From assembly GCA_951406725.2 (NCBI GenBank), contig OX597830.1, forward strand, positions 24,738,001-24,802,000: DNA of 64,000 nt, written 5' to 3'. Position 1 is the first letter of the stretch, and every line of letters begins with the position of its first letter. The position numbers and the translations under genes are program-made. The stretch is from Octopus vulgaris (Eukaryota). The notes beneath the pieces were generated by a model. The model was not told the DNA's origin. It saw only the letters and a list, made by a program, of their open reading frames with translations, and searched no databases. Positions 40,661 through 54,325 of the stretch are shown one piece after another.

Positions 40661-41146
40661 TATATATTTGTGTGTGTATATATATATATATATATATACA
40701 TGCATGTATGTAGATATGTATATATGTATGTATGTGTGTGTTCGTGTAGATACATATTTACGTGTGTGTACATATATATGTGTGTGTATTTATAATTATA
40801 TATACATACATATATATATATATTTGTGTATATATATGGATATATGCATACATACATAAATACATACATGCATATATATCTATATATATATCATCTGTAA
40901 GAAACGTAAATCCAGAAGAAATGTTTTTTTACACATGATCTTTTTTGCTTCCTGACCAGAGTGTTTTACAGAGACCACATGGTTAAATAACTGACCAGTA
41001 TTTCACCCCCTCCGTATTTTGAAGAGGTCTTGGGCCAGCAGGTTTTGGGACTGACAACATTGCCATAAGGCTAAACCCTTTATGTACGGGAAACCTAAGG
41101 TAATCCCATAAACTGGCCTTCCCCATTTAATATATATATATATATA

Positions 41147-41538
41147 AAGTAAATATAAGAGAGTGGTCACTATGTGGCTCACTCTAGCACTAGAAATAGA
41201 TCCAATAGGTTTCAACCACAAAATATATGTTTCCCATGAAAGCCAACACACTGTTAGCTCAAACGAACAGGGCAAATATTTGCCCTGTTCGTTTGAGCTA
41301 ACAGTTGTGTTGGCTTTCATGGGAAACATATATTTTGTGGTTGAAACCTATTGGATCTATTTCTAGTGCTAGAGTGAGCCACATAGTGACCACTCTCTTA
41401 TATTTACTTATGTATAAAATATTATAATATATTATAAAATATTATAATAATCCAGGTTTCTCTGTGCACTGGGCCACTTGGTGTTGAATCGAGATACTAT
41501 TAAATTAGTATCTAATTCTATCACCCTTATTAATTAAT
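41147..41538. mobile_element. Near-perfect 263-bp spacerless palindrome plus tail between (TA)n tracts
   Basis: Arms 41147-41277 / 41278-41409, centre gggcaaat|atttgccc, one 1-nt indel seen. Confidence 0.9.
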
Positions 41539-41541
41539 TAA

Positions 41542-41580
<39 letters not shown>

Positions 41581-41910
41581 ACAAAATAATAAATAAAACA
41601 TATGCATATATACAAACATATATGTACGTACCTACCTCTACATGTATATCTACATGCATATATGGGTAGAGGGCACCAAAAAAACGCCGAACACAATGAG
41701 AAACGAAAACATAAACACAAAACCAAGGAAATGGACATTTTTCTTAAACAACAATATATATGCATATATATGTATGCATATATATGTATGTATGCATATA
41801 TATATATATATATATATATATGCATGTATTTATATATATATACATACATATGTATGCATATATGTATGTGTATATATATATGTATGTATATATATGTACA
41901 TATACGTATC

Positions 41911-41952
<42 letters not shown>

Positions 41953-43409
41953 TATACGTATGTATGTGTATATATATATATGTACATATATGTATGTATG
42001 TGTATCTATCTATATATATATGTCTGTATGCATGTATGTGTGTGTGTACGTATGTGTATATATATATATATATATATCTGCATGTATGTATGTATATATA
42101 TATATGTATATATGAATGACCTTCACACAGTTTCTGCCTACCAAATCCACTCACAAAGAATTGGTCGACTGGTGGCTATAGTAGACAGCACCTACCCAAG
42201 GTGTCACGTGGTCGAACTGCACACGACACCACATGGTTGCAAAGCAGGTTTCTTTATCATGCAATCATGCCTGCACCTGTCTTCACTTGAAAAAGTTTCA
42301 TGGCTTTTGTTGAATCAAACTTAGAAATTTAAATGTTTTGTTTGTGCTAGGATAGGATTGCTTCCTTGTAGGGATGGTTGTCCCGTTATTAAACGTGATT
42401 TGAAAACATGCACATCTTCAGGTCCAAAACATATGTAACTAGGAAAATGCTTATAAAGAGGATAATATAATATATCTGTGCAATTGTCATAATGATTTTT
42501 ATGTGTGTGTCGTTTTAGTGGCTCTGTGGGAATTACAAAACAATTGGTCTATTCTGTTATTGTTTTCAATGTCAATCTTTATTTCATTTTTTATGGTTAT
42601 TACATTCTAATTCTCACATATTGTGTTTAGTTTATGACGTGTGTTTTTACAATAATGTTTATCCTGTTTGTCCATGGGAATATTTGAAGGGTGCTTGATC
42701 TTTTCTTCAGGTAGGTTAAGTTACATTTTTCCAACATCCACGTGTCTCATGAAGTTCTCGATTTACTGATTAATGTTGTTTGGCTTATTTCATTTCAAAT
42801 CAACAAGGAAGTCTATGCAGTTACTCAACTTGCTAGAAATGGCAGCTAAAGTTTCTTTAAATTACACCTTGACGCCGTCAAAATCTAGGGTTTCATCACT
42901 TAATGTGGTATTAGATACATGATGCTCAAAAATCAACAAAAACAGCTGGGTTGGTCATGGCTGAAAGGCTTGATCAACCTAGGGTTCATTGATTTAGAAT
43001 TAAACAGCAACAATCTTGCTAATATGTTTTGTTTTTTGTAATACCCCAGTTGTTGTTGATGTTATTGCTTAGCTTCAGGTTATGTCTGAAAGAGCAGGAC
43101 TATGGTCAAAGGGCATTTTAATCATGACCATCTTATCTGTTCTTTCTAGCATTTTATATCTAGGACTACATTACCCAATGTGCCCTTCATTTTTTGAGGC
43201 ACTATAGTGTAATCTGAGGGAGATTTGGTTGTTGTTTCTAACAAGTCAAGCGACTGCCTAGGGGCTTTCCTGTTGAACCATAATCTCTAACTGACTTTGA
43301 AGCAGCATTTTCAGTACTTCCTCGTTTAATAGTAATGATGCCACAACTCAATGAAAATTTTGTCTGGCATTATTAAGCCATTATGAGTGAACCCTCATTT
43401 ATTCAACAG

Positions 43410-43757
43410 TTTTGTTTCCTACTGATCCCTTTGGTTACAAATGACCATGGGATTGCACCTAGAAAGCTACCTTCCAAGGCACAAGTCCAGGCAAGGTTGT
43501 TTTTGGAAGACCAGCAGTTGCCCATGCATATCAGTCTCCCCTCTCTCTCCTCTCCACACCACTGATATTGTCCAAGGGAAAGGCAAGAGGGCCGATACAG
43601 CTTGGTGCTAATGACATCACAACTCATTTCTACAGCTGAGTTAACTGCAACAATGTGAAATAAAGTGTCTTGCTCAAGAACACAACACACAGCCCAGTTC
43701 TGGAATCAATCTCACAACCTCATGATTGTAAGCTGAACACTTTTAACCACTGTGCCA
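43410..43757 (-). mobile_element. CORE-like SINE, tail variant C3
   Basis: Same head and core (gtgttcttgagcaagacactttatttcac) as 20624-20950 but an unrelated tail. Confidence 0.7.
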
Positions 43758-44207
43758 AACTGCATTTAAATGGTTTTAACTAATTTAAATGCTTATAGAC
43801 GCATGCAAACAATTATAGCTTTATATAAAGAGTTTATAGTTAGATATAATCAATACCTATGGCATTCAAACAGCTGTAGCTGCTCACAAATTTTAATTGC
43901 ATGTCAATGGTTCTGGTGGCATATAAACAGTAAACTGTAAGGCCTGTCATGAGCCCCAGAACTTACAAGACTGGTTACCCAGTTTCCATGGCATATGAGT
44001 GAATGAGATCACAATACTTCCCCTGAAGTCAATCACTGGGTTAACTTCCAGTTATTGCTGGAACTACCTGATTTACAGATGAGCCAATTGGAACTATGTG
44101 AAACAAAGTGTTTTACTCAAGAACATAATGCACCATCTGGTCTGAGAATCAGAACCATAATTGTAAGACCATGAATATAACACCCTAAACATTAAGCCAT
44201 GCATGTA

Positions 44208-44682
44208 TTGGGTTGTCCAGAAAGTTCACGCCAATTTATAGTAGCTTACCTTTCGACTTATTTTAGAACATGGTTGGGTCCATAAAATAGGATTTGACTA
44301 CACCTCCATTTAGAGCACTGTTTAAGCTATCTTTTCATGGAAAAAGGTTTATGTTCCTATAACCTGTGTTAATGCTGTAACCCTTTAAAATAGAAGATAA
44401 GAAAGTTCATTTTCGGCATTTGATGCTTTGGGAACCAGACAAAAATTGCTGCAGCTCAGTTGGGATGTGTTACTCCACCCTCCATATTCACCAGATATTG
44501 CTCCTTCAGATTTCCACTTATTCAGGTCTCTGCAAAATAGTCTTAATGGTAAAAATTTCAATTCTTTGGATGACGTAAAAAGATGCCTTGATGAATTCTT
44601 TGCCATGAAACCACCTCAATTCTGGGAAGAGGGTATTTTCAAGTTAAAGGAAAAACCGGCACAAACTTTACAGACAACCCAA
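44208..44682 (+). mobile_element. Internally deleted mellifera-like mariner
   Basis: TA TSD; TIR ttgggttgtccagaaagtt / aactttacagacaacccaa; KVHFRHLML N-terminus fused to WDVLLHPPYSPDIAPSDFHLFRSLQNSL. Confidence 0.9.
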
Positions 44683-45238
44683 TATAAACAGTTGCTTATA
44701 AATAGCTACATGTAAACATATATCAGGTCATTGCCCTGTTTTGGAGAGAAGAAATATTTAATATTTTTTCTCATATTGCCGCCTTCAACTTATTGTATTT
44801 CTATGGCAGGTAGGGCAACTTCAATATTGTTATTCTAAGATCTGAACTGATAACCCAATAAATAGTATATAAATGTCTTCTGGGGCTTTAGAACACACTT
44901 GAAACTTGTGCCATAAGTATTGATTTCTAGTAGATATGAAATATATATATACACTATTATATAAACTACGCTTATATATATATTCTCTTATTACTACAAT
45001 AAACTGATATCTTATTCTAAATGCCTGTTAGATGAGAGGACTTGGCATCAAGGTCACTAAATATTTTTGTATTTTAATGTTTTGTCAAGACACTTGACAC
45101 ATTTTATTGGTGGTGGGTTTCTTTAGCAGAGACCAGTTCAAAAAACTTAAAATCCCATCTCTCAACTTTCATAGCTCATTAACTTATGACAATGTTAAGT
45201 TTATTTTATATTGCATTTTGTTAATAACAGTGTCATTA

Positions 45239-45808
45239 TTTACATTATTTACATTTGACAGATATTTGTCCTCATCTTGTTTGTTTTTAACACAATGTTT
45301 CGGCTGATATACCCTCCAACCTTCACCAGGTGTCTTGAGGAAATTTCGAACCTGGGTTCTCATTCCTAAGATATTTTTCAATGTTGTTGTCATTATTATT
45401 AATATTGTTATTATTATTATTAGTTAGGTCACTGCCTGGAAACAAATTCGGAATCTTGGGGTTAGTAGCCTGTGCTCTTAACCACTACATCATATGCCCT
45501 GGCATATGGCATAGTGGTTAAGAGCACAGGCTACTAACTCCAAGATTCCGAGTTCAATTCCAGCAATGACTTGAATAATAATAACAATAATAATAATAAT
45601 AGTAATAGTAATAATAATAATAATAACATCGAAAAATACCTTAGGAATGAGAACCTAGGTTTGAAATTTCCTCAAGACACATGATGAAGGCTGGAGGGTA
45701 TATCAGTCAAAACATTTTGTTAAAAACAAACAAGATGAGGACGAATATCTGTCAAATGTAAATAATGTTAATAACGTAAATAATTCCTCATCTCTTAAGT
45801 ATAGAACC
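45239..45808. mobile_element. Palindromic tRNA-head plus hammerhead-like element, copy 2
   Basis: Head-to-head arms about centre 45499-45500; perfect 13-bp TSD aacagtgtcatta (45226-45238 / 45809-45821); ~25-nt unpaired tail. Confidence 0.9.
45289..45334 (-). ncRNA. Degenerate minimal hammerhead-like motif
   Basis: GACAC-CUGGUGA-A-GGUUG-gagggtatat-CAGCC-GAAA-CAUU-GUGUU; sister arms (3381-3426 minus, 3704-3710) supply CUGAUGA and GGCUG. Confidence 0.6.
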
Positions 45809-46976
45809 AACAGTGTCATTAGTTAAGTTTCTAACACATCAATCACAGGTTTGTTGCTTTTTAAGATGGCAAGAGTAACAAGGGAGTTTTTGTATAATTT
45901 AGGCAAAACAAATTCCACAAGAGATTAAAGTTAGAAGACACTGGTTTATAAGCTTTTTCAGTAATGTTTACATCTTTCATTGATGTACTACATTGAAAGA
46001 TGTATACATAATACACACACATGATGGAATTTCCTTCAGTTTCCAGCTGATCAAATTCAACTCACAAAGCTTTATTATTGGTGACCTTTAAAAGCCAGCA
46101 GCACTGCCAAAAATATCAGAGTTCTCTTTTCATACATCAAAATTATTGATTTTAATTCCATTTCTTGTTTAAGTTGACCCATAGCAAACAAGTGTCACAT
46201 ACCAAGGAAACACTTTTAGTTTCTGTCTTGTCCACATATCTTTAAGGAAATTGGAGAAAAGTTCTGTGTTCTGATTCTTTGATGAAGACAAACTGTCTAG
46301 TGCATAAGCATAATTGCATGCATGGAATTACTTGAATCATTTTGCACTTACTTGATCTTCAACTTAGTTTTAGGGACGTTTAAGAAATAAGATAAATGAA
46401 CCAGCCAACCATTGTTCTTCATTGTTTTGTGTTTCTGTGTCTCTGAAAGAGAGTAAGAGAGTGAAATTGTTGCACTTGTAATTATGCATCATAAAGAAAT
46501 CTAATCCATTCCGGAAATGTCACCGAATAATAAAATGTAGAATAATTGTAGCAGAACATGTTAGGTGAGAAAGAAGGAATACAAAATAAAGTTTCTTTTA
46601 TTTCAAAATCATTTTTTTCTTTTTATTTATAAACTTTTGTTTTGTTTTGTTTACGACAATTTATCTTTTATTATATCCTTTTTGTTTCGATACAATTTGA
46701 TAGAGGTGAATGAAACTTGTTACCATAATTTTCTCTTCCTGTTTCCTTTGATAAACAAACAGGTTTTGTTTGTTGTGAGACAATATTTGGTGTTAAGAAT
46801 GCTCATTATTTCTATGTGTCTGCAGATGCACGAGATCAGTTTATCAACCGTTTTCTTTTCTTCTCAACGATGCCTCTTCCTTTTATTAATGGCTTTCAAC
46901 AGTCCTCTATTATACCTAATCTATTGTGAATTTATTTACTTAAGTCTAGATATTCTCTAACTCTGTACTGATGCCC

Positions 46977-47021
<45 letters not shown>

Positions 47022-48351
47022 ATTCATCTCTCTTTCTATCCATCCTTCATTCTCTCTTGTCATTTTATATCTTCAACTCTCACTCTCTCTCTCTCACATT
47101 ACTCCCTCTTCTATCACTCCTTGTCAAAAGAGATCATTCTACACATTGCTGTCTTTTTCTCCACTACTCTCCCCTACACTTTCATCAACCTGTCTACCCC
47201 TAATATGTAAATGCCTATCCCACTCTCTTCTACTATCCCCTCCCATATCATTCTACTCACTCTAACTCCCTTGGCTGGTCTGGTACCCTTTTCACTTGAC
47301 CAGAATGAAGCAATCATCATTATCGTCATTTAACATCTTTTTTCCAGACTGGCATGAGTTGGGTGGTTTGACAGGAGCTGGCAAGCCAGAGGGCTGCACC
47401 AGGCTCCAATTGTCTATTTTGGCATGGTTTCTATAGCTGGATGCCCTTCCTAATACAAACCACTTTACAGTGTACTGGGTGTTTTATACATGGCACCAAC
47501 ACAAGTGCTTTTTACAAGGCACCAGCATGGGTGCCTTTTGTGAAATGAAATACCCTGCTCAAGAACACATTGCACTGCTCGGCCCAGAAATTGTAATCTT
47601 ATAACATGATCCCAACAGCTTAACCACTTGGCCACACGTTTTCCCATCACCCAATGTTGTTTTATTACTGTCTCATCATCATCATCATTATCATCTCACA
47701 TTTCAATTCAGATGTGTTAGATTCCAGTGTAACTTTTTGCTTAATCATTGTTTTCTTGTTGTGACCAACCAATATATGTTATGTGTAAACAAAGTGGTTA
47801 CAGTTGTGTAGAAAACAACAAACATTTGACATCTGACCAATTCATGATTTGCCAGAGGAGAAAATATTAAAAAAATGATGGCAGATTTATGTGTTTTTTT
47901 TTCCTTTGCAACAAGACTTTATTATATAATTAAAAACTGTCTGTAAATATTATGGTTGATTGTGAGTTGAGGTTGACATTACCAGCTTAATGAATCAAAT
48001 TATGTCATGTTTAAATATGTGAGACGAAGCTGAAGTAATCTTTATGACTACTGTCAAACTCATGGACAGACACCTGCCATTGCTCCATGTAGCACACAAC
48101 AAGCACTAACTGTATCAACCATGTAGCCCAGCAGTTCTCAACCATTCTATACCCATGGGCCCCTTTGATTCCTCTCTTACTCTACTGGGCCCTTATAGGC
48201 ATTTGATGTTTAAATAAAACCCTATTATACATCATTTTGTAGTCTAATAATATATCCAGTTCTCATCCAAATGATATCAAATTTTAACAAAAATGTGTAA
48301 TAACTAAGTTTGGATCAGGTGTGCCAGTGATAATGAGAATGTGCTGTTGAA

Positions 48352-48556
48352 ATGGCCACCAAGTTCACCTGATAAGTTCGCCTGATTTGACACCTTATGA
48401 TTTTTTTCTATGGGGCTTTGTGAAAGGACTGGTCTATATCCTTGTCTCTTTCTACAAGCCTAGAGGAACTGAAACAGAGAATCACTGAGGCACTGAAGAA
48501 TGCTATGCAAGACATGGTACAGCATGTTTGGCAGGAGCTGGATTACTGCCGTGACA
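48352..48556 (+). pseudogene. Tc1/mariner DD41D (rosa-type) transposase fragment
   Basis: WPPSSPD/SPDLTPYDFFLWGFVKGLVY...SLEELKQRITEAL...VWQELDY. Confidence 0.8.
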
Positions 48557-50446
48557 CTTTGAGTCTTGAGAACTTAAATTGTCTTAAATTTATTTTGGTT
48601 ATTAATGTGTGTTCCTCAGGCGTTGCAATGTCGATTGCAACACCTTTGTTTTTCTTTTCCATATCCCCAGTCACAATCTGCTGGGTCATTTCGTTCAATG
48701 ATGTGTTTGCATGTTAAGATTCCATTAGGTATTTGTTTGTTCATTTTCCAATTTTCTACTGGTCCTCCTCCTACTAACACCAAACCTAACGTAAGGACTG
48801 TAGCTTGGTGGCACTTCAGGGCTAGCATCTTGCACTTAATGATCCACTGGGTCACATTCATCACCTCTGCCATCATTGATTAGGTACCACCAGCACACTA
48901 CTACTATGTCAAAATTAGTAATGTGCTGTGTATTAGCTATTTCCATCTTTGGTTCTGACAGGAACTAAACTTTAAACAGTTTTACATTTCAATCTCCTAA
49001 AGCTCAATACACTCTCTAGATAGACAAGAAAATAGGGATCCCTTTGAAAGGCTTCAGCCTTTTGGGAATCCATTCAGGAATCAGGTGTCCATTTGTGCCT
49101 GTTCATGGACATTTGGCTTGTAGCTGTTCAGATTAAGGGCCTCACTAAATTGGAGATTCTGATTTGCATAAATAATGAATTGCTGATTGCTAATTCAATT
49201 AATGAAGTTTAAACTTATTAAATTTGTGTTAGAGTAAATCAAAGGTTTTATCCAACTGTGTAATTAAGCAAAATTATACATACCAATTCAGTCTGTTGAT
49301 TCCAGTGGCTAATGATACAGAATCTTTGTGAACAGCAAAAGACAGGTACTTGGTTCCTGAAGAAATAGCAAAAGGCACTGAAACTGATTAGACTGATCCC
49401 TTCTTTTTTGTCCATGAACTGATTGCATAAAAGACATTTGTTTACAATCAGTCAGTGTTTTTGATTTAATTTAATTACACCTTGCAGTATCAGCTAAAAA
49501 CTTATAATTTACTCAAAGGTATGTTACAGCATGAACATTGAAACATAGCTCTTCATGTATCAATCATTACATTATGTTTGATGTTCTGCAGTCAAAAGAA
49601 AAAGAAAAATTTTAAGAGGAAAGATAAAAGTAAATGGGGGGGGGGGGCATTCCAGAAAGTGGGGTGAGGGGTGTGTAGCTTAGTTTGTTGTTCAGGGAAG
49701 CAGAGGATGTTATAGAAGTAGTAGGAGAGATGAGAAGAGAGATTATTGCCCAGAGATACAAGACTGCAGAAGATCATCTATGTGCAATCCTAGAGCTGGT
49801 TGTTCAGAGTGTGTGCATTTTTAAATGTATATGCACACACAAGCATACATACATGTATGTAAGGATCTTCAGATGCTGGGTCTCACAGTGGGGTAGACAG
49901 GGACTGACACTCCTGGTGGTTTGCTGTCCTCAAGAAGGAAGACTCCTCAAGCTCACTAAATATGTGGTCATCCTTGCATACAGGCATGTCCCCTGCATCC
50001 CTCTTCAGCTGAGCATTCGTAATCTTGTGGGTGCATGGGTGCCGGTGCCATGTAAAATGCACCTGTACCAGTGCTGTGTAAAAGCAGTACACTCTGTAAA
50101 GGGGTTGGCATGAGGAAGGGCATCCAGCAGTAGAAACTATACCAAAACAAACAAATCAACTCTCCTGAGCAACACCCCTTATAGCTGAGCTGACCCCAAA
50201 AAACATCAGGAGCAAGGTTTTTCAGGCAACAGTCAACTCTTACAAGAATAGTTGCTGGACCTACTAGGTGTTGCCCAGCCTGCCCTCTAGAGTGCACATG
50301 CTATGTTTGTTGATATTTTCAGATGCCATATTTGTTTTGGGCAACACCCAAAAAAACAAAAAATATCCTGGATCCTCCCCTGCAACCCATACCAGCATGG
50401 AAAACAGACACTAAATGAAGATGATGAAAGAGAGACAGATAGATAG

Positions 50447-50494
<48 letters not shown>

Positions 50495-51279
50495 GCATAT
50501 ATACACATAGGTTTGCGCTTGTGTCTGTATATGCTCATGCATATATACATTTATATGTGTGCTTTTGTATTTTTCTATTTTTGTACATAAGGTTGTGTAT
50601 GCTTATGTGATGTGTGTGTGGTTGTGTGTGTATGTTATGTATGTATGTTTATTTATTTAGACTGCAAATTTTAAATTGCTTTACAAAATTGAGGTGGAGT
50701 AACATATATGTATTGATATAAGTAAGATGGCAGACTGTCCTTCTCTGTGTCTATGTATGTATGTATACACACTCAAAAACAAGAGAGAGACAGGGAGCAT
50801 ACTGTGAAGAGTGCAGCTTCAGGATATGCTAGGGTGGATGCAGTATCAGTTGCAGCCTATGTGTATTGTGCATCAAATGCAATACAATTATTAAGACATA
50901 CACCCATTCTTTTCCTAGACTTTGTTTACATGGACTGTCTCTTATTCAGTGCCCTCCCTCAAGAATAAGTCGCCGTCAAAATCCCTGGTTTTGTCGTCAT
51001 CTTTGTCAACTTCTGGTTTGAGTCTGTCATGGTTTTTGTGTTTGCTGTCCATGCATTTGTGGTTTGGGAAAGATAAGTGCCAAACAAAGATATTTCTCAT
51101 TTCCGTTTGTGTAAATTCACACCAGAACCACATTGACGGTGATTCTATGACATTTTCTGTCTTTTATTTTCACGGCTTTCAATTGTTGGGTTTTGGCCAA
51201 GCTGGGGCACTGTCACACAGTCAAGGATTTTAATTGATGACAACAATTCTAGTATTTAGTCCTGTATTCATTTTTATCA

Positions 51280-51735
51280 TTTTCTTTTATCTGTTACAGC
51301 CATTGGACTGTGGCCATGCTGGGGCCCCTACCTTTAAGGGTTTATTTTGTTGTTTTTGTTTTTTTTTAAAGTCTGGTATTTATTCTATTGGTTTCTTTTA
51401 TTAAATTGCTCAGATACAGAAGTGTACAAAAACCAACACCTGTTATCAAGCAGTGGTCGGGAGACAAAATACACACACACACACACACATATTCCGTTCT
51501 TCCCCAGTATCAAACTAATACATCTGCTTGTTGTTCCTTTACCTGTCTTCATCTTTTGTTTCTGTAAATTCAAACTATATGCACACACACACACACAAAG
51601 GGCTTCTTTCAGTTTCTGACTACCAAATCCACTTATCAGGCCCAAGGCACTTGCCCAAGGTACTATGCAGTGAGACTGAACCTGAAACCACATGGTTGGG
51701 AAGCAAGCTTCTTACCACACAGCTACAGCCTCTAT
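51280..51735 (-). mobile_element. SINE family A with a PLE-like tail fragment in its (CA)n
   Basis: Family motifs; 51495-51580 resembles 40250-40327. Confidence 0.7.
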
Positions 51736-52688
51736 ATATTTAAAAGATGAATTACTCTTTGATAGTAAAATTACATACAATTTTACAACAGTATATAAAC
51801 ACAAATACATGTACTCACACACACACTGTTTTGTAAGTCTGCTTTTCTATGCTGGTTTATGTTGGATGGGACTTTTTGAAGTAGTGTTTTATGGTTGGAT
51901 GCCCTTCTTGAAGTTCCATTCTACGATACATGAGAGTATGGTGTATCTATTCTAAAAAACTGAGAGACACAATTCACATATTTTCTCTTCTTCCAGCCAT
52001 TTTTTTCTCATTCCCTCTCCTCCTTTATTTTTCTTCTGCTTCAAAAGAAGTGGGGCTAATTCAGGGTTTCATCACTTCAAAACAATGACTAGTTTACCAT
52101 CAGGACCAGTAAGCCTTGAATGGCTCTAGTTTTGCAATCACAGCTGCGAACATTTTAGATATTATATGTAAGAAGGATAGAGCTATTAGGTGTCCTTGGA
52201 TCGAACTCAGGCAGCAGATGGCCTGTGTCATCTAAAGAAGAATTAGCAGAGAACTGCCTGGTAAATACATACATATACATATATATATATATATACATAC
52301 ATATTTGTATACATGTGTATACGTACATATTTGTATAAATATATATGTATGTATATATATATATGTATATATATATATGTATATATATATATATGTTTGT
52401 CTATCTATGCATCTATCACATACTCATGCATACATGCATGCATTCGTACATACACATGCACTCTCATAAGAAATATCTCAGCAGTAATATGCGTTACTTT
52501 AAAGGAAAGGTGAAATTAGCTATGGTGGACCATGATCAGTTTTTCCTTTTTATTCTTCCACAGTCTGTTATAAGAAAATACTAGTTGATTTAATTTAATC
52601 AACAACTCTAAACACCTCCACCAATAAAATGCATGACCTTATGAATTATGCTCCAAATATATATTTATATAATACAAGCAGAAGTTGG

Positions 52689-52764
52689 GTTATAAACTCG
52701 AGTTATAAACTCTGGTTATAAACTCTGTTTATAAACTCAGGTTATAAACTCGAGTTATAAACTC
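52689..52764. repeat. 13-bp minisatellite, 6 units
   Basis: gttataaactcNN at 52689, 52702, 52715, 52728, 52741 and 52754. Confidence 0.95.
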
Positions 52765-54022
52765 ATAGCCTTAACACAATACTGTTTGCTGCTTGTAGTG
52801 TAAGATTAGGGTATTTCTCAGAAAGTAATACTTTTAATACTCAAGAACTCCGGTTCTGAAATGAAATAGAAGTGGTTATATATACATGTGCATGTCTAGG
52901 TAACAGTAGTTGCTACATCAATACTGGAAGTAAATATTGAAAAACCTGTAAGTTGACAATGGGAAACCTTTTTAAAGAAGTGAATCGGATATATAAGGCA
53001 ATATCATTTACTTTATTTAGTTTTAATAAGAAAAATCAATGAAGACCCTATTATGCATCTGAGGTCAAATTATTCATGCACCTCAAGTATGAAACCAATT
53101 TGTGCAGCTGTTTTCACAAGAAAGGCAAATACACACACACTCATGTACATACACAGGTCTATTTTATATAATAGATATACAGTAGTAGAAATATATACAT
53201 GTAGATCTAGTCAGAGCTTTATAGACATGCATGCACATAGCAGACAAAGAAAAGGACATGAGTGTGAATTGCTGACATGATCTGACTCAAGATAACAAGG
53301 CCAGTTTATTTTTTCATATGACAAGCTGGGTGTAACTTCTTACACATATTTTCCTAAATTTCTAGTTTGCCTCCACCCTTTGTAATTATAGTTCATGTCT
53401 ACAACGAACTAAATTTTGGGGTTGGGGGAAAATTGATCTGCTTAAATACCAGGTACCAATCCTCAAATTGTCTTCTTTGTTCACTCAGCCGTTTTGGAAA
53501 CAGCAGCTAAAACCCACTCTGTCAAAACACACCTGACTGTCATAAATGCCAATCCCCAAATTTCTACCTTTGTTCATAACAGATGAGCTTTTATTTGGTT
53601 GGTCATTCAAACTGCTTCTTTTAGTTTCCATCTACCAAATCCACTTACAAAGCTTTGAGGCTACAGTAAGAAACACTTGCCCAAGGTGCCACAAGTGGGA
53701 CTGAACCCAGAACCATGTGGTTGGAACACAAGAGAGCAAGGAATGATTTTTAGGTGACTTGACTGCTATTTCCAGCTAGTCAGTAATCATATAGAAATTC
53801 TCTCATTTGTTCATTAGATGCAAGCATGGCTGTGTGGTTAAGAAGTTTGCATTCCAACCACATGGTTTCAGGTTCAGTCCTGCTGCATGGCACCTTGGGT
53901 AAGTGTTTTCTAATATAGTCCTGGACTGATCAAAGCCTTGTGAGTGGATTTGATCAAAGGAAATTGAAAGAAGCCCACCATACATATACATACATACATG
54001 TATATTTACATATATATATATA

Positions 54023-54325
54023 TGGTGGTTGTCTACTCCTTATGCAGAGTTTGACCACCTCCTGTACCTACACCTTAGAACCATCATAGCATCTGATGTG
54101 GCTTTTTAAACTAGACAATATTTTGAATAGGCATCCACAGAGATAGCATATCTGATTTGGACCACCAAGAGCTGCAGTTAAGTTCTGATCTTTGTGGATC
54201 TTAAAATATCTTTTGAGGCCTCCGTTAGATTTGCTGACCTTATTGGCATGCATGGCATTGAAAGGTGTGCCCAGACATATAGGCAGAATAGTTGGTGGAG
54301 GTTTGCAAATGAGATTTGAGCCCAG
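54023..54325 (-). pseudogene. RTE-like LINE 3' end with degenerate C2H2 zinc fingers
   Basis: NKVSKSNGGLKRYFKIH and ICYLCGCLFKILSSLKSHIRC, stop, then short 3' UTR ending in (TA)n. Confidence 0.6.

Noticed and set aside
41278-41409. Hammerhead in the 41 kb palindrome
   Set aside because: GAAA motifs present but no core or stem I could be drawn
42699-42716. Recursive-splice-like ttttcttcag|gtaggt (also near 10744 and 19262)
   Set aside because: Expected by chance in 64 kb, and no host transcript is established
45501-45572. Functional tRNA gene (also 3534-3606 and SINE heads)
   Set aside because: Acceptor and T stems do not pair; embedded in repeats, so tRNA-derived only
48623-48642. Hairpin gttgcaat-gtcg-attgcaac; also gttaatga...tcattaac near 10543-10567
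   Set aside because: 8-bp stems without supporting context
50942-51133. Acidic 63-aa ORF; also the start of the 49685 ORF and a possible exon at 6911-7032
   Set aside because: No recognisable domain; weak or missing splice signals
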